Source: Thermoanaerobaculia bacterium
GTDB taxonomy: Bacteria > Acidobacteriota > Thermoanaerobaculia > Multivoradales > Multivoraceae
Direction of reading: 5' to 3'
Assembly: GCA_963666565.1 (NCBI GenBank)
Contig: OY762911.1
Coordinates: 1,951,497 to 2,015,496, forward strand
Length of the DNA: 64,000 nucleotides
The translations under genes and the position numbers were made by a program. The notes under the pieces are model-generated. The model did not search any database. It was not told where the DNA came from and saw nothing but the letters and a program-made list of their open reading frames with translations. Shown here in pieces: positions 30,332-39,300 of the stretch (within the stretch, counting starts at the first letter, position 1; each line of letters opens with the position of its first letter).

Positions 30332-31120
30332 ATGAAGAGATACCCGACGCCGCTCGTCGCACTGATCGTCCTCGCGACCCTGTCCGCCATTCCGGTCGCC
30401 GGGCAATCCGATGCACCCTCGTACGATCCGCCGCTCGACATCGGCGTCGTCCTGTACGACGGCGCGGAGCCGCTCGACGTCTTCGGACCGGTCGAGATGT
30501 GGCTCAACGCGGGGCCGGGTCTGATCCGCGTTCACCTGATCGCGGACTCGGCCCGTCCGGTCGCTCTGACCACGACGACCTATCCGGCCGAGATGGCGCC
30601 GAAGGTCCAGGCCCAATACGGCTACGACGACGCTCCGCCGCTCGACGTGATCATGGTGCCGGGCGGTATCGGCACGCTCCGGGAAGTCGAGAACCAGCAA
30701 CTGCTGGACTTCATCGCTGAGCGCGCCGCCGAGGTCCAGCTCACCACGTCCGTTTGCACCGGCTCCGCCATCCTCGCGAAGGCCGGCGTCCTCGACGGCC
30801 TGCCCGCGACCGGCAACAAGGCGTTCTTCAGCTACATCGCCGGCTTCGGTCCCGAGACCGAGTGGGTGAAGGAAGCCCGCTGGGTGGACGCCGGACACGT
30901 GATGACCTCCTCCGGCGTCTCCGCCGGCATCGACATGAGTCTGGCCGTCGTCGCCCGCTTCTTCGGTCAGGACGCCGCGCGGATGCTGGCTCAGGCCACC
31001 GAGTACGAGTGGAAGGAGGACGCGGGCCGGGATCCGTTCGTCGGGAATCTGGACTCGGCCATGCCGTACCTGGAACGCCTGGAGGCGGCGGTCTCGGAGT
31101 CGTCCGGTTCGGGATCCTGA
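30332..31120 (+). CDS. DJ-1/PfpI (class I glutamine amidotransferase-like) family protein with a signal peptide
   Basis: Nucleophile-elbow Cys (TSVCTGSAILAKAGVLDG) and the flavodoxin-like DJ-1 fold pattern; N-terminal signal peptide. Confidence 0.7.
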   Translation: MKRYPTPLVALIVLATLSAIPVAGQSDAPSYDPPLDIGVVLYDGAEPLDVFGPVEMWLNAGPGLIRVHLIADSARPVALTTTTYPAEMAPKVQAQYGYDDAPPLDVIMVPGGIGTLREVENQQLLDFIAERAAEVQLTTSVCTGSAILAKAGVLDGLPATGNKAFFSYIAGFGPETEWVKEARWVDAGHVMTSSGVSAGIDMSLAVVARFFGQDAARMLAQATEYEWKEDAGRDPFVGNLDSAMPYLERLEAAVSESSGSGS

Positions 31121-31161
31121 GCCCGGGCCCTGCCCCCGGGAACGGATTGAAGGCGCGGGCG

Positions 31162-31790
31162 CTAGGGGTAGGGCGTGATCACGCCGCAGGCCGCTCGGGA
31201 ACCCCCTGCGCAGCCGGCCGCCTCGCCTTCGGGGCAGTAGGAGTCGGGGTTCGTGTGAATGATGAAGGCGCTGCCGTCTTCGTCGAACACGGAGAGCGGG
31301 CCGTCGGAGAGCGTCACACGCGTCGTCGTCGTCATGTGGTAGCCGCGGCCCTGGCGGTCCAGGGTCATGTTCGTCAGGTCGCCGGCGTGGAAGGGGTGGT
31401 TGCCGTCCGGGCTGGTGTTCGAGTTGGGGCCGGGGTCGAAGTGTCCGCCGGCGGTGCCGCACGGATTGCAGGACGCGGTTTCGTGAATGTGGACTGCGTG
31501 CTTGCCTCGCGTGATGCCGGTGTTGGCGTACAGGCGGAGATAGATGTCGACCGCCTTGACGCCTTCTTCGGAAGGCCGCTCCTGCAGATAGCCGAAGCCC
31601 ACGCGGTTCGTCGGAATGTCGCAACTGTAGAGGACCGCCCGTCCCGCGGCCGGCGCGTCTGCCATGGCGGCGGCGAAGTCCTCTTCAGGATCCTGGGCGG
31701 ACGCCGTGCCGGCGAAACCGAGCGCGGCCAGGAGCAGGAGCGGGACGTTCAGAAGAGCGGTGGTGGTTCGGCGGGGCTTCACGGTCATGG
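31162..31790 (-). CDS. sodC: Cu/Zn superoxide dismutase family protein
   Basis: Signal peptide. Metal-ligand motifs HAVHIHE..., GGHFDP, HAGDL and the disulfide Cys. ATG at 31790; the track ORF is extended to 31974. Confidence 0.7.
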
Positions 31791-31919
31791 GGTGAGTCCT
31801 CCTGTCGGTTGTGGGTCGATGGTCGGCTGTCGGGCAAGGCCGCGGCTTCGGAGAGCGACGGTTCGCCGCGGGCGCGTCGCCGGTCGTGGCGTTCGGCCGC
31901 CCCGGCGCCGGTTGCGCTC

Positions 31920-34900
31920 TCACGGCGCCCTCGCCTGATCGTACGCCCGCCTGAACACGACCTCGGACATCCACCGCTTGAAGCCGTCGTTGTCCATGAA
32001 CTGCTTGAACAGCTCAGTGTCGTCCTTCATCACGTTCTGCATCGCGCGGAGCAGGGCCCGGTCGTGCTCGATGCGGGTGTTCTCGCGGTCGGAGTTCCGG
32101 CGAGCGTTGCGAAAGGCCGCGTCGGAGGCGACCCTGGCGGGAATGTCGAACGCGATCATCCGCTGGACGCGGTCTTCGTCCGCCCAATCATCCGCTGGAC
32201 GCGGTCTTCGTCCGCCCATTCGATGCCGCCGAAGTGGTCGTTGAACGCCTTGACGATGTTCGAGAGGTGGTCCAGTTCGGGTTCCGGCCGGTGGCCGTCG
32301 CCGGCGGGGGGCGTCGGCTCGACCTCGGCGTCCTCGTCGGGCAGGAGGATCTTCCGGATCGCCTGTTTCTCGGCCCGGTAGCTGTCCATGTCGACCGCGT
32401 CGAGGATGCCTCGCGCGAGATCCTCCTCCCGCGGCGCCGGCAGCTTCGGGATCAGGAAGTTCAGGAAGATCGACCGCTTCTCCCAGCCGGCGTTCGAGAA
32501 CGGGAGGATGGAGGAGAGGAAGCCGTAGGCGCGCGCGAACGCCTTGGCCTTTCCCTTGAAGTCGACCTGCCCGTCCTCGTCGAGTTCGCTCAGGTAGACC
32601 GCGACGCACTCGTCGAGGATCGGGTCGAGCCGGTCGCGCTCGGCGCCGTCCAGATAGCGCTCGACGAACAGGTCGACCTGCTCCGCCGAACAGACCTGCG
32701 CCGCGTCGAGGCCAGCCTGCAGGTCGTGCAGCCGGTCGGGGTCCGGCTCGTCGGCCAGGATCGTGCCGCGGTAGTAGTTCGCGAACGAGTCGCGGATGAT
32801 CTCCGTGTCGTTCAGGAAGTCGAGCACGAACACGTCGTGCTTGCCGGGGTGCGCCCGGTTGAGCCGCGAGAGGGTCTGCACCGCCTTGATGCCGGCAAGC
32901 GTCTTGTCGACGTACATCGTGTGCAGCAGCGGTTCGTCGTAGCCGGTCTGGAACTTGTCGGCGCAGACCAGGAACCGGTAGGGGTGTTCCCGGATCTTCG
33001 TCGCGATCCGGCTGGACGGGAAGCCGTTGAGCGAGGCTTCCGTGACCCTCGCGCCGCCGTATTCGTGCTCGCCCGAGAAGGCGACGATCGCCCGGTACGG
33101 GCTCTTCCTCGCGTCCAGGCAGTCGCGGATGGCGTGGAAGTACTGGATCGCGCGCTGGACGCCGTTCGTGACCACCATGGCCCGCGCCTCGCCGCCGATC
33201 TTGCGCGGCGCGGCGACCCGGTCGTGGAAGTGGTCCGCCACGATCTCGGCCTTCAGCCGGATGGCGTGGTCGTGCCCCTCGACGAAGCGCCGCAGCTTCC
33301 GCTGCGCCTTCTTGACGTCGAACTCCGGGTCGTCCTCGACGCTCTTTGCGAGCCGGTAGTAGCTCCTGACCGGCGTGTAGTGCTTCAGCACGTCGAGAAT
33401 GAAGCCCTCCTCGATCGCCTGCTTCATCGAGTAGGTGTGGAAGGCGCGGCGCCTGACCGTGCCGTCGGGTTGCGGTTCGGGAACTCCGAAGAGCTCCAGC
33501 GTCTTGTTCTTGGGTGTTGCCGTGAACGCGAAGTAGCTGGCGTTCGACAGCATCTTGCGCGACTCCATCAGGCGGTTGATCCGGTCCTCGTAGGTCTCCT
33601 CCTCGCCGCGGGCGCCGGCTTCGGAGAGGGCGCCCGAGACCGCGGCGCTGGTCCGGCCGCCCTGGCTTGAGTGGGCCTCGTCGATGACGATCGCGAACCG
33701 GCGTCCGCGCTGCTCGTTGCCGATGGCGTCCAGGACGTGGGGGAACTTCTGGATCGTCGTGATGACGATCTTCTTGCCGCCTTCGAGGAACTGGCGGAGG
33801 TCCGCCGAGCGGTCGGCGTGGCCGACGGTGGCGCCGACCTGCGCGTACTGCCTGATCGTGGCGTGGATCTGGCGGTCGAGAATGACCCGGTCCGTGACGA
33901 CGACGATGGAGTCGAAGACCGTGCCGCCGCCGCTTCGTCCCTGGGAGTTCGGGTCGCCGCCGCGCCCGTCCGGCCCGCTCGGTCGATGGTCCTCGGCCTC
34001 TTCGGCGCGCGGCTCGACGTCGCGGTTGCCGCCGCGCCGCTCGAGCCCGATCAGCCGGTGGGCCAGCCAGGCGATCGAGTAGCTCTTGCCGCTGCCCGCC
34101 GAGTGCTGGATCAGGTAGCGCCGGCCCGCGCCGTGCTCGGCCGCGTCGGCCAGGAGCCGGCGGACCACGTCGAGCTGGTGGTAGCGCGGCCAGATCTGCG
34201 TCTTCTTCTTCCGGCCCGTCTTCTCGTCCTTCGATTCGACGATCTGGGCGTAGTTCTCGACGATCTCCGTCAGGCTCTCACGAGTCAGGACCTCGCGCCA
34301 CAGGTAGTCCGCGGCCAGACCGTCAGGGTTGGGCGGGTTGCCGGCGCCATCGTTCCAGCCCCGGTTGAAGGGCAGGAACCAGGACGCCTTGCCTCGCAGG
34401 TGGGTGCAGAAGCGCACCTCCCGCTCGTCCGCCGCGAAGTGGACGATGCAGCGGCCGAACTCGAACAGCTTCTCCCGCGGGTTGCGGTCCTTCCGGTACT
34501 GCTCGACGGCGTCGCTGACCGTCTGCTTGGTCAAGCTGTTCTTCAGTTCGAACGTGACGACCGGCAGGCCGTTGACGAACAGCGCCAGGTCGAGCGCCAG
34601 TTGAGCCCGGTCGCCGCTGTAGCGAAGCTGCCGCGTGACGGTGAAGCGGTTCAGCTCGAAGCGTTGCCGCGCGGCCTCGTTGCCCTCCGACGGCGTGCCG
34701 TAGAACAGCTCCAGATCGTGCGCGCCGTGCCCGATGCCGTTCCGCAGCACGTCGATGGTCCCGCGCTTCGCGATCTCGCCCTGCAACCGGGCGAGGAACT
34801 TCCGCCGCGCCGGCCCGTCCTCGTCCAGGGCCAGGCCGTCCGCGGCGTCGGGCTGCGTGGCTTGGAGGAAGGCCGAGAGCTGGGTGAAATCGACGCAGTA

Positions 34901-35095
34901 GTTCCGGTCGTAGTCGCGGGGGTCGCCGGGGGTCCAGCCGGCGGTGGTGGGGGCCGTGGTGCGGGCGCTGCCGGAGGCGGGGCTCGGTTCGGCCGGTTGG
35001 GGGAGTTCGCCGGGCTTCGGCGGGTCGCAGGGGTGGCCGGTGAGGGCCGTGCAGATGAGGCGCTCGAGGCCGCGTTCGGACGTGTCGGTGGTCAC
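31920..35095 (-). pseudogene. hsdR: Type I restriction enzyme R subunit (HsdR), frameshifted about 75 codons before the native C-terminus by a 32-bp tandem duplication
   Basis: HsdR_N motifs (VVTFELKN), helicase motifs (SAGSGKSYS Walker A, DEAHSSQ motif II) and the C-terminal domain. ORF 32156..35095 ends ...EWADEDRVQRMIGRTKTASSG*. The native continuation ...WADEDRVQRMIAFDIPARVAS... to the stop at 31920 is in another frame (track ORF 31920..32609). Confidence 0.8.
32155..32218. repeat. 32-bp perfect tandem duplication (atcatccgctggacgcggtcttcgtccgccca x2) that frameshifts hsdR
   Basis: Direct reading: copies at 32155-32186 and 32187-32218. 32 is not a multiple of 3, and the duplicated peptide WADEDRVQRMI appears in both reading frames. 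Confidence 0.9.
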
Positions 35096-35134
35096 GTCGC
35101 GTCCGAAGACTCGGCAGGCGACCGGCCCGCTCGC

Positions 35135-36280
35135 TCAGCCGTCACGACCGGCCGCCTCGCGGCGCTTCCCCAGCATGTTCCGATACACCGTGTCGGAAGT
35201 CGCCTTGACGTCCTCGGTGATGTCCAGCAGCGATTCGTCCTGGCCGTCGTAGGCCCGGAGAGAGCCGACAGCGTCGCGCATGGCGCTGCGCGCTTGCAGA
35301 AGGGACACGAGGAAGCGCCGGTCCATCGGTTCGGTGGCCGCGTGCGCCTGGTGCAGGGCGTATCCGGCTGCCAGGAGTTCCCGTGCCTCTGCGTGCGGAA
35401 GGACTTCTCCGAGCCGTTTGATGTCGGGGTTCATCGCGTGGACCGCAGGCGGGATGTCGCCTTGCCTCGAGCCGTAGATCCAGAGGAGCACCTCTCGAAG
35501 ACAGTCCAGCTTCTCCGCGGGGACGGGGTCGGGCCGCGGTTCGTCCGGCGGCCAGGTACGTGCCAGCCCGAGGTACTCCCGGTACTGCGAACGCGAGAGG
35601 GCGACGTACAGATGAGCGAAGCTGAACTTCGGCGTGTAGCGGTCCTCGATGTCGAACAGGCCCTCCCTGACTGCCTGCTCCAGTACGTAGACGGCGGACA
35701 CCATCCGCTTGACCGCGCCGTGGCGGTCGCCGAGCGCGCTGGCGATTCGCTCGATGCCGACGTCCCCTTCCCGGTACCAGTCCGTCGCGAACCGCGCCTT
35801 GGCGTAGGCGCTCCACTTGGCGGCGCCGTTGATGTGCTTGAAACCGATGAACGCCCGCGCATCCTCGCGCTTCGCGACCCGATAGACCGTCACCTCGTCG
35901 AGGGTGTGGCGGAGCGAATCCCGGACCTCGGGCACCGTGATCTGGAGCTTCTTCTCGGGGAAGATCCTGCCCGCCAGCCTGCTCGCCAACTCCGGCTCCC
36001 GCAAGAGCCTGAGCGCTGCGAGGCGGCGATTCCCCTCAAGGACGATCAACTCGTCGCTGCCGGCGGCGCCCATCGCGACCAGCGGTTCGATGTCGAGGTA
36101 GCCGTTCGTCGAGATCGACTGAAGCAGTTCGTCGAGTCCCGCGGAGTAGAGCCGGGCGATGATCGACTCCTCCGTGGCTCGCCTCCCTCGATCCGGGAAT
36201 CTCGGAGCCTCGCGGTCCAGGCGGAGTCGCTCGACGGGGACCTTCGCCGCCGTCCCAACTCGTGACTGCGCCTCGTGCAT
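35135..36280 (-). CDS. ParB/Sulfiredoxin-fold (ParB-like nuclease domain) protein, encoded 40 bp upstream of hsdR on the same strand
   Basis: ParB N-terminal domain signature (DELIVLEGNRRLAALRLL; compare the ParB GERRxRA box), then about 250 aa of helical sequence. ATG at 36280. The track ORF 35135..36352 is slightly longer. Confidence 0.6.
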   Translation of the reverse strand: MHEAQSRVGTAAKVPVERLRLDREAPRFPDRGRRATEESIIARLYSAGLDELLQSISTNGYLDIEPLVAMGAAGSDELIVLEGNRRLAALRLLREPELASRLAGRIFPEKKLQITVPEVRDSLRHTLDEVTVYRVAKREDARAFIGFKHINGAAKWSAYAKARFATDWYREGDVGIERIASALGDRHGAVKRMVSAVYVLEQAVREGLFDIEDRYTPKFSFAHLYVALSRSQYREYLGLARTWPPDEPRPDPVPAEKLDCLREVLLWIYGSRQGDIPPAVHAMNPDIKRLGEVLPHAEARELLAAGYALHQAHAATEPMDRRFLVSLLQARSAMRDAVGSLRAYDGQDESLLDITEDVKATSDTVYRNMLGKRREAAGRDG

Positions 36281-36399
36281 GACGCCGGCTATCTTAGACG
36301 CAGGGGCCCGTGGGTGTCGCGGTGGCCAGTGAACCCGGCTCCAGGTCGGCAAGTGCCCAGGGCGTCACCTTTGGCCCGGCAGCTTCCGCAGACGAGAAG

Positions 36400-39300
36400 A
36401 TGTGCATGGACTTGGAGACTGCACCCCGCGGTTCAACGGTGGTGTACTGTCTCGCCTTCCGTGACCTTGGAGGAACGAGGTGGGGGTGCTTGCCGGCGCG
36501 CCGGCGAACTTTCCGGCCCGAGTACGTCGAGATGCCGTTACCAGGAGGGCCCGCTGCCAAGCTCGGTATCCGCTACGAGAAGTGGTGGACGCTCTCGGAG
36601 TTCGTTCGAATGCTCCACGGAGAGACAGACTCGATTCGGCTGGAGGAGCCCGGTCTTGATGCAGCAGAGTTCGTTGTGAGGAACGGCTCGCAGCGCGAGT
36701 TTCATCAGGTAAAGCGCCGCAACCCGAGCGGGAAGTGGAGCTTGCCAGCGCTTAAGTCCGAAGGTGTTCTTCAAGCGATGGGGCGGAGGCTGGCCAACAG
36801 CGCCGACTGCTTTGTCTTCGCATCAAGCTCTGACGCGCCGGAGCTCTCCGATCTGTGTGACACCGCTGGCGGATCAGCTTCAATCGAAGAGTACCGACGG
36901 GTCTTCCTCAAAGCCGACTCGCGCCGAGAGCCCTTTGACGAGCTGCGCCGAGCGTGGGGCTGCAGCCTTGAGGAGACGTTCAATCGGCTGCGGCGAATCG
37001 AGGTCAGTACGATCAACGAGCGCGAACTGCGAAAGACCGTCGAACGAGGGTTGCGGGCACTCTTCATCTCGAACCCGGCCGACGTGGAGAAGACGCTACT
37101 GGCGATGGTCGATGACTCCTTGCATCAGACCCTTACACGCCAGGGACTTAGGGAGACCCTCACCCGTAGCGGCTACCAGATGCGGCACCTCAACAACCCA
37201 GAGGACGCGGCCGGGGCCGTACGACGAGCGACCGATGATCACTACCTCGTGAGGGCCCAGAAGCGGCTCATTCAAGAGCGACTCGTTCCAACGGACGCCG
37301 CAAGGGTGGTGCTTTCTCGCCTGGGCGAAACGTCGACGGACCTTGTCCTGGTTGGGAAGGCCGGCGTCGGCAAGACGGCCTGTATCGTTGAGGTAGTGCG
37401 CGCCTTGCGAGAGCAGCGCGGTATGCCAGTCTTGGTCTTTCGCCTCGATCACCATACGTCGGCACGGTCCACTAGAGAGATTGGCCAGCAGTTGGAACTG
37501 GAGGAGTCGCCCGCGTTCGTTCTGGCCGCCGCAGCGGAGTCCGCGAACCGGTCTGGCGTTCTGATCGTGGATCAGTTGGACGCGGTCAGCACGATGCCTG
37601 ACAGGGGGTCCGGCGCTCTTGATGTGGTTGAGGCGCTGCTTGACGAGACCCGAGGCCTTCGGGCGCGGGTTCCCGTTCACACGATAGTCGTGAGTCGGGA
37701 GTTCGATTGGGAGCACGACCCGCAGCTTAGGGGGCTTGCCGCCAAGTCCGCGGGGCCGGTCAAGGTCACGGAGTTCCATGTGGCCCAGGTCAAGGAGATC
37801 CTGGCGGACGCTGGTTTCGATCCGACACTCTTCGGGGAGAATCAACTCCAGGTCCTACGGCTCGCGCAGAATTTGTCGCTGTTCTTGGACACCGGTTTCT
37901 CTGCCTCCTGCGCTCCGGCGTTCCGCACGGCCAAGCACCTGTTCGACCGATACTGGTCCTACAAGCAGCGAGTGGTTGACAGGAGAGCGGGGAATCTAGC
38001 GGGCCGCTGGACCGAGATCGTGCGGAGGGTCTGCGACGAGATGACGTCGTCTCAGCGTCTCGCGGTTCCGAAGGAGAGGCTCGACGAAGTGCCAGAGGAC
38101 TATCTGCAACAGATGGCGTCGGAGGGCGTGCTGACGTTCGACGGCCACTGCTACGGCTTCGGGCACGAGAGCTTCTTCGACTATTGCTCCGCGCGTCTGT
38201 TTTGCGGCCGGTCGGAGCGACTTGTGTCGTTGTTGACGGGTGCAGAGCAGCATCTTTTCCGACGTTCCCAGGTGCGCCAGGTTCTGGTCTACCTTCGCGA
38301 CGAGGACTTCCCCAGGTACGTGGAAGAGGTTGGTGAGCTCCTCTCGGATGAGGGGATTCGCGTCCACATCAAGCATCTTGTGTTCGCGCTCTTGGCTGGT
38401 GTCGAGGAGCCGAGGGCTGAGGAGTGGGCGATCTGGGAGACGTGGATCGGACCAGAACTGAAGGCGATCGAGGCCGATGCACAAGGTCAGAACGCGTTGT
38501 CGGCCCTCGCGTGGCGGTCGTTCTTCGTTGCAGGCTCGTGGTTCCGCATCGCCGATGACCGCGGGAAGGTCGAGGAGTGGCTTGGCGGCCGTGGAGACCA
38601 GCTCGGCGACTTGGCGGTGAGATACCTCTTGGCGCATCATCGCCACTCGCCTGATCGAGTCTCGGCTCACCTCAATCCGTATGTCGACTCCGGCGGTCGG
38701 TGGCCCCAACGCTTTCTGTACTTCATGGGGCGCGTCCAGCACGGCGCCAGCAGATCACTCTTCGAGCTGTTTCTCCGTTTGGTGGACAACGGTGTACTGG
38801 ACGATGGCCGGGCGATGTTCGCCTCCAACGAGACGTTCTGGGACATGCTCCGGGATCTGAAGGAGGATCGGCCGGAGTGGATTGCTGAGGCGCTCGCCCA
38901 CCGGCTCCGACGCCGGCTACGACTCCGCCTTGAGGACGATTCGGACGCCTATCCAGGACGGCTCCTGGGCAACCACGGCTCGGGCTCCCGCGTGTTTGTG
39001 AAGTCGGCTGCGAACGCTCCCGCTGCGTATGTGAAGCACGTCCTGCCGGCGGTGCTTGAGGTCGTCGATTCGACGGTTACGGGGGAGAAACCGCCGAGGC
39101 GGGATACGGTTTGGTTTCTCCTTCACGAGTTCAGCCATCTCAGTGCCGACGAGACATGTCTGAAGTGCCTCGGCCAAGCGCTGGCGACGGTGGCTCAGGT
39201 CGATAGAAGATCGGCAAGAGAGCTGATTGCCGACTTGCGAGGGCGAGATAGCCACACGGCGAACTACCTGCTATTGGCGCTCTATCGGGGGGAGCCAACC

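Noticed and set aside
33671-36265. 864-aa plus-strand ORF
   Set aside because: Antisense to hsdR and the ParB-like gene, both of which have clear family signatures.
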